The notes below the pieces were generated by a model. It did no database searches, was not told where the DNA came from, and saw only the letters and a list, made by a program, of their open reading frames with translations. Both the position numbers and the translations under genes were made by a program. A DNA stretch of 64,000 nucleotides from an uncultured Bacteroides sp. (GTDB lineage: Bacteria > Bacteroidota > Bacteroidia > Bacteroidales > GCA-2748055), in assembly GCA_964467775.1 (NCBI GenBank), contig CAYXUD010000080.1:1586-65585 (forward strand), written 5' to 3'. Each line of letters begins with the position of its first letter. Positions within the stretch are counted from its first letter, which is position 1. Below are positions 47,472 through 57,094 of this stretch, piece after piece.

Positions 47472-48431
47472 TCAGATCCCCAACCCTTTGATATAGGCCG
47501 TGTTCCTGTTGACACTGGCGATCTTATCCTCCATCTGGGTGATGTCCTGGTCGATGATGGCGTATCTGACACCGGCCTCTTTGGCGGCGGCCAGGATGGA
47601 TCTTATGTCCACCATCCCATCCCCAAGCTCGACAAAGCTGTCGGGAGGGATATCGGTGTTATAGCGGGGTACCAGTGATCCTTTTTTCAGGTCCTTCAGG
47701 TGGAGGAAGAGCATCCAGTCGGCGATCCTGTGAATCCATTCCGCCGGGTCCTGGCCTGCCACGGCGGCCCAGAAAACATCCAGTTCCAGCTTGACAAGCT
47801 CCCTGTCAAAGATCTTCAGCATTTCATCGTAAGGCGTGGAACCCTCAATGGGTGCGAACTCGAAATTGTGGTTGTGGTAGAAGAGCTGGACCCCGGCATC
47901 CTTGCTCCTCTCGCCGCACAGGTTGGCTTTCTCTGCAAACCGCCTGCAGGCATCCAGGGATTTCCGCTCTTCCCCGGTCAGTATGGCAATCCCCATGTAC
48001 TTGAGCCCTTTGGAAGCACACTCTTCGACCATGTTTTCAAAACCGTAACCCTCCGGCGGGGCCTGGTTGCCCTCCCAGATCCCGGTCACATAACCGGAAG
48101 AGAAGTGCGTGCCCAGAGGGTTCATGCCGTACTCCCTTACGATGGGCACATAGTGATCCAGCGTGAGGGGATCATAAAACTCGATGTTCTTAATCCCGGC
48201 CTCTGAAAGGGCTCTGAACAGTGAATCGGCATTGTCAACAAGCAGGTCCCTCAGTGTATATACCTGGAAACCAAGTTCATCGTAAAATGTCCCGCTACCG
48301 GCATTCTCACCCTGACCGGTTGAGGAGGCTGTATTGCCCCCGCCTCTGACACAGCCATAGCCCAGCAGGGGGACGGCCACAGATGATGCAAGGGCGAGCT
48401 GAAGGAATTCCTGTCGTGTCATCTTGCGCAT
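47472..48431 (-). CDS. sugar phosphate isomerase/epimerase (xylose-isomerase-like TIM barrel), exported
   Basis: 319 aa with leader MTRQEFLQLALASSVAVPLLG. YHNHNFEF and LHLKD are metal-site motifs of the AP-endonuclease-2/xylose-isomerase-like fold. Confidence 0.75.
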   Translation of the reverse strand: MRKMTRQEFLQLALASSVAVPLLGYGCVRGGGNTASSTGQGENAGSGTFYDELGFQVYTLRDLLVDNADSLFRALSEAGIKNIEFYDPLTLDHYVPIVREYGMNPLGTHFSSGYVTGIWEGNQAPPEGYGFENMVEECASKGLKYMGIAILTGEERKSLDACRRFAEKANLCGERSKDAGVQLFYHNHNFEFAPIEGSTPYDEMLKIFDRELVKLELDVFWAAVAGQDPAEWIHRIADWMLFLHLKDLKKGSLVPRYNTDIPPDSFVELGDGMVDIRSILAAAKEAGVRYAIIDQDITQMEDKIASVNRNTAYIKGLGI

Positions 48432-48529
48432 GTTGTTGTGGTTTGATGATGGCTAATATAGTGATAATAGATGCTGGATATCTGCCAATGCATTAATTTT
48501 GTGTCCTTGGACATTCAATCATTTGAAGC

Positions 48530-49462
48530 ATGATGAGCGAAGAAAGATGGACAGCAGAACGGATTCCGGACCTGACGGGTAAAGTCATCATTGTCACGGG
48601 GGGCAACACCGGCCTGGGGCTTGAATCGGTCAAGGTATTTGCGGGCAAGGGGGCAGAGGTTGTCCTGGCCAGCCGTTCCGTGGAGAAAGGCGACAGGGCA
48701 AAGTCTGCCGTTGAATCGGGAGATCCGCAGGGGAAGGTCGTGGTCATGCAGCTCGACCTGACGGACCTGGAGGGGATCAAGGGTTTTGTGGCGGAGCTCA
48801 GATCAAGATACAACCGGCTGGATATCCTGCTGAACAATGCCGGCATCATGGCTGCACCCTATTTTGTCACCAAGGATGGATTTGAGGGCCAGATGGGGAC
48901 CAACCACCTGGGCCATTTTGCACTGACAGGACAGCTCCTGGATCTGCTGATCAGGACCGTAGGGTCCAGGGTGGTCAGCGTAAGCAGCGGGGCACACAAG
49001 TTCGGCAGGATGGATTTTGACAACCTGCTGTTCGAGAACGGGAAAGGCTATTCTCCCATCAGGGCCTACGGGAGGTCAAAGCTGGCCAACCTGCTGTTCA
49101 CCTATGAACTCCAAAGGCAGTTTGAGAAGCAAAAAATTAACAGCATGGCAGTGGCCGCTCATCCGGGGGGGGCGAAAACAGAACTGGGCAGGTACTTTGA
49201 GAGGAGACCCGGGTATCGTCTGATCAGCCCCCTCTGGGATCTGTTCAGTCAGAGTGCAGCCATGGGGGTCCTGGCCCAGCTCCGTGCATCTGCCGATCCC
49301 GATGTGAAAGGGGGCGACTATTACGGACCTTATAACGGGATCAACGGAATGACCGGATATCCCCGTCTGGTGAGATCAAGTGCCGCCTCCTGCAGCAGGG
49401 AGGATGCAAAAAAACTGTGGGAGATATCGGAACGGCTCACCGGGGTCAGGTTTCAATTCTGA
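48530..49462 (+). CDS. SDR family oxidoreductase
   Basis: VTGGNTGLGLE (TGxxxGxG), NNAG, and S...YxxSK (YGRSKLAN). Confidence 0.85.
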   Translation: MMSEERWTAERIPDLTGKVIIVTGGNTGLGLESVKVFAGKGAEVVLASRSVEKGDRAKSAVESGDPQGKVVVMQLDLTDLEGIKGFVAELRSRYNRLDILLNNAGIMAAPYFVTKDGFEGQMGTNHLGHFALTGQLLDLLIRTVGSRVVSVSSGAHKFGRMDFDNLLFENGKGYSPIRAYGRSKLANLLFTYELQRQFEKQKINSMAVAAHPGGAKTELGRYFERRPGYRLISPLWDLFSQSAAMGVLAQLRASADPDVKGGDYYGPYNGINGMTGYPRLVRSSAASCSREDAKKLWEISERLTGVRFQF

Positions 49463-49491
49463 CCGTATTGTATCATATTCCGGGATCAATT

Positions 49492-50310
49492 ATGTATGTT
49501 TATATAAATAAACCTGCTGAAATGGGCATCAGGACCGGGATCGCTTTATTCATCGTGATTCTATTAAGTTTGGAATTAAAAGGGCAGCCGGCCGGTTCAG
49601 AACCGGGTGGCCCCCAACAGGTGCTCTACCCCGCGGGGATTTCACTCCGTTACAGCATGGGTGCATTTGCACTGACTGACCGGTACATCTCCCCGGAACG
49701 CTATGACGGGGTGCTTCCCAACTATTACATAGCATGGGCCCGTGTACATAACAGGTACCTGTACCATCTCAGTTTTGCCATCGGTCAGTCCGAAAAGATC
49801 AGCAACTACAATGTCACAACAAGGGTGCTGAATTTCAGGCTGAGCCAGGGTTTTCTCTATCCCCTCAGAGCGGCCGGCCTGTTCAGGAAGGATCTGGGCC
49901 TCTGGATCGGTCCCACGACAGATATCTTTTACTATGTGAATCATCCAAAGATTGCCGTTTCGGGATTTGACTATACCAATTCCTACGCGACGCTTATTTC
50001 GCTTGGATTCAGGGGCGATGGCATCTACCCGCTTTCCGGCAGGTTCTCGGTCCGGACCTCCCTCCAGTTCACGCTGCTTTCCCTGGGGATGAGAACCGTT
50101 GACAGTGAAGAAGATCCCGGTCCGGGAGTTAAATTCCTGACCCCTGTGTCAGGATTGAACACCTCCTTCGAACTGGGGATCCATTATGATCCGCTCCGGT
50201 GGGTTTCGCTGGGGCTCTCCTACCGGTTCGAACTGACCCGCATCACGGCCTGGGATGACATGCTTTATGCCAGCAACGGGGGATTCCTTGAGCTGAAATT
50301 CAGGTTCTGA
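49492..50310 (+). CDS. putative outer-membrane beta-barrel protein
   Basis: Signal-like N-terminus, alternating amphipathic strands, C-terminal ...GGFLELKFRF (terminal Phe). Start uncertain (49492 or 49522). Confidence 0.45.
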   Translation: MYVYINKPAEMGIRTGIALFIVILLSLELKGQPAGSEPGGPQQVLYPAGISLRYSMGAFALTDRYISPERYDGVLPNYYIAWARVHNRYLYHLSFAIGQSEKISNYNVTTRVLNFRLSQGFLYPLRAAGLFRKDLGLWIGPTTDIFYYVNHPKIAVSGFDYTNSYATLISLGFRGDGIYPLSGRFSVRTSLQFTLLSLGMRTVDSEEDPGPGVKFLTPVSGLNTSFELGIHYDPLRWVSLGLSYRFELTRITAWDDMLYASNGGFLELKFRF

Positions 50311-50314
50311 TGCC

Positions 50315-51361
50315 ATGGGACCCCGGATAAGATATACGACAGGAATTATGCTGCTGATGGCAGCGATCACCTCCTGTGAATCCCTTATCGTAAAGCCGGC
50401 CGATGCTGACCAGCACATGGAGGATTTTGAGGCGGCATGGAAGAGGATCGACAAAGTGTATCCCTTCCTGGAATTCAAGGGCATTGACTGGGATTCCGTG
50501 TATGCAGTCTACAGGCCAAGGTTTGAAGCTGCCCGCGGGGATGAGTTCTATGTGGTCTTGCATGACTTCCTGGCCGAACTGAAGGATGGGCACACCTATT
50601 ACCGCACCGATGGCGGGGGACAGGTATACCCCTTTTACCCGGAAAGGCATTTCAAGGACCGTCATGGTTATAACCCGTTTGTCGTCAGGTCCTATTTTGA
50701 TTCGGAACTGATCGTGACCGCCAGCAGGGTGGCTGAATACGGCATCCTGCCGGGGAATATAGGGTACCTGTTCATTTCGGGATTCCATGAAAACTACCTG
50801 ATCGAAGAGTTCCCCGGGATCCTTGAATACCTGAAGGAGACCACGGGGCTGATCATCGATATACGCCAGAAGCGGGGCGGGAGTTACCAGAACGTGGAGG
50901 CAGTCGTAACCAGGTTCATGGCTGAACCGCTGGAGAGGCCAAAGCTCTACCTGCTGGACGAGTTTGTCGACCTGCCGCCATTCCAGCCATCAGGACCCTT
51001 CACCTATACCAGGCCGGTGGTGATCGTGGTGAATGGCTCCACCTTCAGTGCCGGGGAGCTTGTCACGGAGATCATGAAACAGCTGCCGCAGGTGATCGTG
51101 GTGGGGGATACCACGGGAGGAGGCGGGGCGGTTTCTTCGGGCGGAAGGCCTGAATACGAGGGTGATTATCAGCTGCCCAGCGGGAAAATCATCTATATAG
51201 GGACCGGCTATTTTGAACGTTATGACGGGGAGTATTTCGAATGGAACGGAGTGCCTCCCGATGTCCGTATCGGGCAGACCGGGGAAGATGCCGCTGCAGG
51301 GATTGATAAGCAGCTGGAGTGCGCCATGGAATGGATCCTGCAGGAAACGGGCGAACCGTAG
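50315..51361 (+). CDS. S41 family peptidase (lipoprotein)
   Basis: Lipobox LLMAAITSC, GLIIDIRQKRGGS, VVIVVNGSTFSAGE (nucleophile Ser) and VVGDTTGGG. Confidence 0.8.
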   Translation: MGPRIRYTTGIMLLMAAITSCESLIVKPADADQHMEDFEAAWKRIDKVYPFLEFKGIDWDSVYAVYRPRFEAARGDEFYVVLHDFLAELKDGHTYYRTDGGGQVYPFYPERHFKDRHGYNPFVVRSYFDSELIVTASRVAEYGILPGNIGYLFISGFHENYLIEEFPGILEYLKETTGLIIDIRQKRGGSYQNVEAVVTRFMAEPLERPKLYLLDEFVDLPPFQPSGPFTYTRPVVIVVNGSTFSAGELVTEIMKQLPQVIVVGDTTGGGGAVSSGGRPEYEGDYQLPSGKIIYIGTGYFERYDGEYFEWNGVPPDVRIGQTGEDAAAGIDKQLECAMEWILQETGEP

Positions 51362-51401
51362 ATGGTTCATTCAATCATCAATCATACAAAAAACCGGTTT
51401 C

Positions 51402-52211
51402 ATGAACAGTCAATTATCCAGGTGTACGGTCATTGCATCAGTCTCACTCCTTTTATGGGGCTGTGCCGGGAGGACCCCCGGCACACCTGAAGCTGTCACC
51501 TCCCTTTCCGCTCAGGTCAGGGAGGTGCGCCCGGGTGTGCTGGAGGGATACCTTTCGCGTGAAGATCTGCCCAGCAGCCTGGCGCTGCTGCCTCCGCCGC
51601 CCGAGGAGGGATCCGCCGCATGGGAGCTCGATATGGAGATGGCAGCAAAGTTCGTGGCCATGGAGGATGAGGCCAGAAGGGAACAGGCGGCCAGGGATGC
51701 CGTTCTCTCGTTTCCTGAAGCCGCGGAGGCATTCAATATAGTGCTGGAGGTGAAGATCTCGGAAGAGGCCACCCCGCATCTCTATATGATCATGCGCCGG
51801 ACGCTGACCGATGCGGGATTATCTGTCAATGAGGCAAAAGAGCATTACGGGCGGATCCGGCCCTTCATGGTCAACGGAAAGCCCATCTGCACCCCCGAAG
51901 AGGAGGAATTCCTGAGGGGGAACGGGTCCTACCCCTCGGGGCATACGGCCATTGGCTGGGCATGGGCGCTTATCCTGACAGAGCTCTTTCCCGGCCAGGC
52001 CGATGTGATCCTGGAAAGGGGAAAGCAGTACGGGATCAGCCGGATGATATGCAATGTGCACTGGCACAGCGATGTGGTGGCAGGATGGATGATGGGGGCG
52101 GCAACAGTGGCCAGGCTGCATGCCAATGCAGACTTTCTCACCGATATGGCGGCGGCCAGAAAAGAGGTGGAGGCGCTCAAAAAATCCCGGGTTCTCTCCC
52201 CGGCGGCATGA
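51402..52211 (+). CDS. class A nonspecific acid phosphatase (PAP2 family)
   Basis: KEHYGRIRPF, YPSGHTA and SRMICNVHWHSDV are the three PAP2 signature motifs. Lipoprotein-like signal (LLLWGCAG). Start ATG 51402. Confidence 0.85.
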   Translation: MNSQLSRCTVIASVSLLLWGCAGRTPGTPEAVTSLSAQVREVRPGVLEGYLSREDLPSSLALLPPPPEEGSAAWELDMEMAAKFVAMEDEARREQAARDAVLSFPEAAEAFNIVLEVKISEEATPHLYMIMRRTLTDAGLSVNEAKEHYGRIRPFMVNGKPICTPEEEEFLRGNGSYPSGHTAIGWAWALILTELFPGQADVILERGKQYGISRMICNVHWHSDVVAGWMMGAATVARLHANADFLTDMAAARKEVEALKKSRVLSPAA

Positions 52212-52310
52212 TCGTTGTGGGCCGTTTCCGGCAGGACTTCACCCTCCCGGTCAGCCGGTCAAGGGAATGCGCAGCAGGCCACTGTGGTCAATGACAGCTG
52301 TTTTCCGCAC

Positions 52311-53312
52311 TCAGACCGGCAGGGGTTCGAATTCCGGATCAATCCTCTTCAGCAGCTCCACGGAACGCTCCCACAGTTTCCGGCCTTCGTTCTTATCGTA
52401 GACCTTGGGATCCATCTTCTTGGGATTGAACATATGCAGGTACTCGTTGGTGGTCCCTTCATAATCCTCTGAGAGAGCCATATAGACAACCGGTCTTGAA
52501 GCCTTTTCAGGGGAGCGGAAAATGACCCAGAAGATCCCTTTCAGGATATTGCGCAGGAGCCAGGGGGCCTCCCTGACAATGTTGGAGTGTACGGGGCCCG
52601 GACATATCAGATTGACCCCCAGCCGGAAGGAATGTAGATTGATCCTGCGGGAGAGTTCCGTGGCATAGGTGTTCAGCACCAGTTTGAAATAACTGTAATT
52701 GGAGATCCCCTTGGATACTCCGTATTCGAAATAGCGGCCGAATTCATCATAGTCTATTGGGGTGGATCCCTGGTGGGAGTCACTCGAGATCATTATGATA
52801 CTGGACCTGGGGCCTGTATCTTTCAGCCTGAGGACCGGGCTGTTCAAAAGCAGGTGGGTGAGAATCACATTGGAGAGGTAATTCACCAGGAACATCTCAT
52901 CCTGTCCTGATGCGGTCTTCCTGGAACCGGGCAACGCAATGGCCGCGTTCAGGATACAGATATCGATCTCCACACGGTCGGCTACGAGAGACTCGGCAAA
53001 TCTGTGGATGGTCTCTATTCTGCTGAGATCCAGGAAACGCATCTCTACCCGCTCCGATCCGGAAGCCTTCTTTACCCGCTCCCCTGCTTCGGGGATCTGG
53101 CTGCGGCCGGCCATGATCACCCTCCCTCCCCTCCGGGCAAATTCAACAGCCAGGGCAAACCCGAGCCCCGAATTGGCCCCCGTGACCAGGATGGTCCTGC
53201 CATCGGCCCTTTCATTCCCGGAAAACCGGGAGGCCAGCTGCTGCCTGGAAAAGAAATCCCTGAAACCTGCCAGGGAGGCTACAACCGGATTGGTGAACCT
53301 GCCTTCTGCCAT
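52311..53312 (-). CDS. SDR family oxidoreductase
   Basis: VTGANSGLGFA, NAAIA and YGVSK-type catalytic region. Confidence 0.8.
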   Translation of the reverse strand: MAEGRFTNPVVASLAGFRDFFSRQQLASRFSGNERADGRTILVTGANSGLGFALAVEFARRGGRVIMAGRSQIPEAGERVKKASGSERVEMRFLDLSRIETIHRFAESLVADRVEIDICILNAAIALPGSRKTASGQDEMFLVNYLSNVILTHLLLNSPVLRLKDTGPRSSIIMISSDSHQGSTPIDYDEFGRYFEYGVSKGISNYSYFKLVLNTYATELSRRINLHSFRLGVNLICPGPVHSNIVREAPWLLRNILKGIFWVIFRSPEKASRPVVYMALSEDYEGTTNEYLHMFNPKKMDPKVYDKNEGRKLWERSVELLKRIDPEFEPLPV

Positions 53313-53321
53313 GATTCCCTG

Positions 53322-54020
53322 CTACTCTATCGCCAGCAGTTCGATCTTGAAGATGAGCACCGAGTTGGCAGGTATGGGTCCCGAACCCTGTTCACCGTAA
53401 CCCAGATCTGCGGGTATATAGAACCTGTATGTGGATCCCACGGGCATCAGCTGGACGCCCTCGGACCATCCCCTGATCACCCTGTTCAACGGAAATGTCG
53501 CGGGCTCCCCACGTTTGTAGCTGCTGTCGAATACGCTCCCGTCGATCAGGGTCCCTTCATAATGGACCGTTACGGTGGATGTATCGGCAGGCATGGGACC
53601 GCCGCCTTCTGCAAGGACCTCATACCTGAGGCCCGATCCGGTGGTGATCACCCCTTCACGGGTGGAGATATCTTCCAGGAACCTGTTGCCCTTTTCAAGG
53701 TTCTCCATCGCTGCAAGCTTCCCTTTGTCTGCTTCCCTTTGCTGAAACGCAAGTTGCAGCTCCCTGAACTGATCCCCGGCTGTCTCCCTGTCGTACCGGG
53801 TTGTGCCATTGAAGGCCCCCTTGATCCCGGAAATGATCAGGTCCGTATTGGCCTGGAAGGGGAATCCTGAAATGTCGTAACCGAACATAAGGCCCAGAAA
53901 ATAGCTGATGGAATCGGCCTCATTCTCAAGCTTTACAGGATCGGATAAGGTCGTATCGGTCTGTGCTGCTGCAAAAGCCGTTGATATAAGCAGCATCAAA
54001 AAGATGAATAGATATTTCAT
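53322..54020 (-). CDS. FKBP-type peptidyl-prolyl cis-trans isomerase (FkpA/FklB-like)
   Basis: Signal peptide and N-terminal dimerisation-helix region, then VTVHYEGTLIDGSVFDSSYKRGEPATFPLNRVIRGWSEGVQLMPVGSTYRFYIPADLGYG. Confidence 0.9.
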   Translation of the reverse strand: MKYLFIFLMLLISTAFAAAQTDTTLSDPVKLENEADSISYFLGLMFGYDISGFPFQANTDLIISGIKGAFNGTTRYDRETAGDQFRELQLAFQQREADKGKLAAMENLEKGNRFLEDISTREGVITTGSGLRYEVLAEGGGPMPADTSTVTVHYEGTLIDGSVFDSSYKRGEPATFPLNRVIRGWSEGVQLMPVGSTYRFYIPADLGYGEQGSGPIPANSVLIFKIELLAIE

Positions 54021-54092
54021 AGAATGGTTGTTAATGAGCGGTGAAAATAGCAAAACCGGCGGTCAGTTCAAAATTACGGGCATTTCCCGGGA

Positions 54093-54914
54093 TCAGGCCC
54101 ATGCCAGGCGGCCTCTCTGAATGATGGCATATTTCACAACCTTGCCTGCATGGAACCCGGCTTTTTTGATATAGCACCTCATATCGTCTTCCGGAACGGT
54201 TAAAGATGACTCGTAACCCAGCAATAGTGCAACCTCTTTTATAAAAACGTTCCCCGACGCATGGAGGACGGAGGGTACCGAACCGGTGGCCCCGTTACGG
54301 ATCCTTCCATGATCGAACCGGAGGTCGGAAAGGTCAGGCTTCCGGGTTATAAAATTCCTGAAAAGAAGGTTGTAGAAGATCTCGCATTTCCAGTCGATGT
54401 CAACCATGTTTCTCTCCTCGACGTAGATCGCAGTGAGGATCTCCTGGTCAATGTCATCCGGTGCCAGCTGTCCAGCATCCAACAATCCTTTGAGTAACCT
54501 GGTTGCATATCCTGCCGTGGAGATCCATGTGCCGGCGTTGAGATAATTATACCCGGTAGGATTCTGAGGGGTTGCCCAGGGTGTCCTGTTGAATTCATGG
54601 TCATATACCCTTGCATTGAAGGAGGTCAGTTTCAGTGCCCCGCAAAGGAAGGGTATCCGCATCCGGCGGAATTTTGCCTCGATCTCCCGGGTCCCGGAAA
54701 GGAATATGACATCAAAAGGATCCACCGATATGATGATCTCATCTGCCGGCAGCTCCTTCACATAGTTGCAAATGGCCATCAGCTTTTCACCTGAACCGGC
54801 CCATTTTTCTCCCCAGCCTAAAATGACAGGTTCTATACCGAACCGGTGGCACGATTCCATGAAAAGGTCGAAGTACGCCTGTTTCTCCGTACCGTAAGCT
54901 ACGACAGTTGGCAT
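54093..54914 (-). CDS. hypothetical protein, possible GT-A-fold glycosyltransferase
   Basis: 273 aa with no signal peptide. IIISVDPFDVIF is a DxD-like segment after a Rossmann-like start. Weak call. Confidence 0.3.
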   Translation of the reverse strand: MPTVVAYGTEKQAYFDLFMESCHRFGIEPVILGWGEKWAGSGEKLMAICNYVKELPADEIIISVDPFDVIFLSGTREIEAKFRRMRIPFLCGALKLTSFNARVYDHEFNRTPWATPQNPTGYNYLNAGTWISTAGYATRLLKGLLDAGQLAPDDIDQEILTAIYVEERNMVDIDWKCEIFYNLLFRNFITRKPDLSDLRFDHGRIRNGATGSVPSVLHASGNVFIKEVALLLGYESSLTVPEDDMRCYIKKAGFHAGKVVKYAIIQRGRLAWA

Positions 54915-54991
54915 GTCCCGGATGAATCATCCACCGGGCAAGTTATGAAATTTTAAGGATCTAAAGATGAAATCCAAACAGATTTCGCAGG

Positions 54992-56311
54992 TCAGGAGAT
55001 CTTGGCGTAGACTGCCCTTTGGGAGAGCACCTGCATGGTAATTCCGCGGGCAGCCATAAAGAGGATAAAGGCCAGCCACAGGCCATGGTTGCCCATGAGC
55101 TTCCCTGCAATGACATAGGCGGGGAAAAATACCGCCAGTGTGGAGACCAGCATGGCATTGCGCATCTCTTTTCCCGCTGTTGCCCCTATATAGATCCCGT
55201 CCCACAGGAATGCGGAGAAGGAGACCACGGGTACCATGATCACCCAGAAAAAATAGGGCCTTGCATTGGTGATGATTTCCATATTGCTGGTCAGAGCCCT
55301 GAAGATAACCTCCCCTCCAAGCAGGTACAACAGCGTAAAGAACAGGCTGATACCGGCACCCCAGGTAAACAGGAGCCTGATGGCCTTCGAGAGGGAATCG
55401 CGCTTCCCGGCCCCGATGAACATGCCGGTGAGTGCTTCGGAGGCATGCGCAAAACCATCGATCAGGAAGGAGAAGAACATGAAGAACTGCATCAGCAGCG
55501 AATTGACTGCAAGGATGGTCTCTTCCCCCTGAGAAAGCAGATCAGAACTTGCCGAACGTGCCGTAAAAATGGAAAATACGATCACCAGGCACATGGTCCG
55601 GATAAAAATGTCCCTGTTCACCAGAAGGAAATCCCTGAGCTTCCTCCAACGGATGGTTGCCCGGAATGACCAGTGGGGGAAAAGGTGCCTGAAATTCCTC
55701 CGGAAAAAACAGATGGCCAGGAGCAGCCCGCTGTACTGGGCGATCACCGTCCCCAGTGCCACTCCGTCTGAACCCATATCCAGCTCCATCACGAAAAAGA
55801 AGCTGCAGATGATATTGATGATGTTGGTGGTGATCAGAACAACCATCGGCAAACGGGCGTTCTGCATTCCAAGGAAGAACCCAAGCAGGGCAAATTGTCC
55901 CAGCGCTGCCGGTGCAGCCCACACCCTGATCCTGAAATAGGCCATGGCTAGCTCCTCCACCCTGGTCTCTCCCTTCAGAACGGCAAAACTCAGCATCTCG
56001 ACCGGCTTTTGAAATGCCACCAGCAGGAGGCCCAGCAGCATGGCGATCAAAAAGGCCCTTGAAAAGACCAGGATGGTTTCAGGCAGGTCCCGCCTTCCCC
56101 ATGCCTGGGCCGTGAATCCGCTGGTGCCCATCCTGAGGAAGCCCAGTCCCCAGTATATAAAATTGAAGATCAGGGACCCGAGTGCGATGGCGCCGATGTA
56201 GGCATCCGACTCAAGGCGGCCCATCAGCGCCATATCCACGATCCCCAGCAATGGAATGGAGATGTTGCTGATGATGTTGGGAATGGCCAGGTCAAGGATC
56301 TTCTTGTTCAT
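54992..56311 (-). CDS. MATE family efflux transporter
   Basis: ILDLAIPNIISNISIPLLGIVDMALMGRL is a typical MATE N-terminus, with 12 TM segments. Start set at ATG 56311. Confidence 0.85.
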   Translation of the reverse strand: MNKKILDLAIPNIISNISIPLLGIVDMALMGRLESDAYIGAIALGSLIFNFIYWGLGFLRMGTSGFTAQAWGRRDLPETILVFSRAFLIAMLLGLLLVAFQKPVEMLSFAVLKGETRVEELAMAYFRIRVWAAPAALGQFALLGFFLGMQNARLPMVVLITTNIINIICSFFFVMELDMGSDGVALGTVIAQYSGLLLAICFFRRNFRHLFPHWSFRATIRWRKLRDFLLVNRDIFIRTMCLVIVFSIFTARSASSDLLSQGEETILAVNSLLMQFFMFFSFLIDGFAHASEALTGMFIGAGKRDSLSKAIRLLFTWGAGISLFFTLLYLLGGEVIFRALTSNMEIITNARPYFFWVIMVPVVSFSAFLWDGIYIGATAGKEMRNAMLVSTLAVFFPAYVIAGKLMGNHGLWLAFILFMAARGITMQVLSQRAVYAKIS

Positions 56312-56419
56312 TTTCCGGATGACGGGCTGAAGATAATGCTTATTGGGTTCTGACCGGTCTTTGATTTCATTAGCCTTTGCCTTATTTTTAACACTATCAA
56401 TCCAAAAGATCAACAACAG

Positions 56420-56746
56420 ATGTCAATCAAAAGAATCTGGCACGGGTGGACCACCCATGAGAATGCCGATGCATATCAGGATCTGCTCCATCGTGAGGTG
56501 TTCCCGGGAATTGAGTCGAAGGAGATCGATGGCTATCAGAGCGTTGAACTGTACAGGCGCGACCTGGATGAGGAGGTGGAATTCATCACCATCATGACCT
56601 TCGATTCACTGAAGAGCGTCAAAGCCTTCCGGGGGAAGGATTATGAGCAGTGTTATGTGCCTGAGCCGGCAAAAAAGCTGCTGAAACGCTGGGAAAAAGT
56701 GGCTGCGCATTATGATGCGGTTGAGAAAAGGAATTACCGGATATGA
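56420..56746 (+). CDS. antibiotic-biosynthesis-monooxygenase-like (dimeric alpha/beta barrel) protein
   Basis: 108 aa. The pattern IWHGWTTHENADAYQ...VEFITIMTFDSLKSVKAF fits the ferredoxin-like ABM fold. Confidence 0.5.
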   Translation: MSIKRIWHGWTTHENADAYQDLLHREVFPGIESKEIDGYQSVELYRRDLDEEVEFITIMTFDSLKSVKAFRGKDYEQCYVPEPAKKLLKRWEKVAAHYDAVEKRNYRI

Positions 56747-56951
56747 AGTTTTGGCCCCGGTGCCCCCTTCTGCTGGCCGGAGCTTTGCTGCCGGCCGGTT
56801 CCTGTGACCGGTCCGCGGACCCCAGGCAGGTGATGAAAGCCTGAACCGTGCCACCACCATCGCGCAGCTCCTCGATTCTGCCGGGTATTTCACCTCCATG
56901 ACCGGCAAATGGCACCTGCACCGGGACGCCAGCCACCAGCTATTGCCGTAA
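56743..56951 (+). pseudogene. sulfatase remnant (signal peptide fused out of frame to a short internal piece)
   Basis: MKFWPRCPLLLAGALLPAGSCDRS (lipoprotein signal), then in another frame NRATTIAQLLDSAGYFTSMTGKWHLHRDASHQLLP*. The GY.T...GKWHL box is a sulfatase motif, but the CxPSR catalytic region and the whole C-terminal body are absent. Confidence 0.6.
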
Positions 56952-57094
56952 CCGAATAATTGATATTTTTAAGGTCTCAACAGGGTCCAATGAGATTATT
57001 TACGGCACTTTTCGTCCGCTCCATAGCCACCATGGTGGCACCGGACCATGAATCCGAATCGGCATTGTATTTTGAAGAATAAAATATAACAAAG

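Noticed and set aside
52324-52335. ggttcgaattcc resembles a tRNA T-loop (GGTTCGAATCC).
   Set aside because: The flanking bases cannot form a T-stem or acceptor stem. The site also lies inside the C-terminal coding region of the SDR gene 52311..53312.
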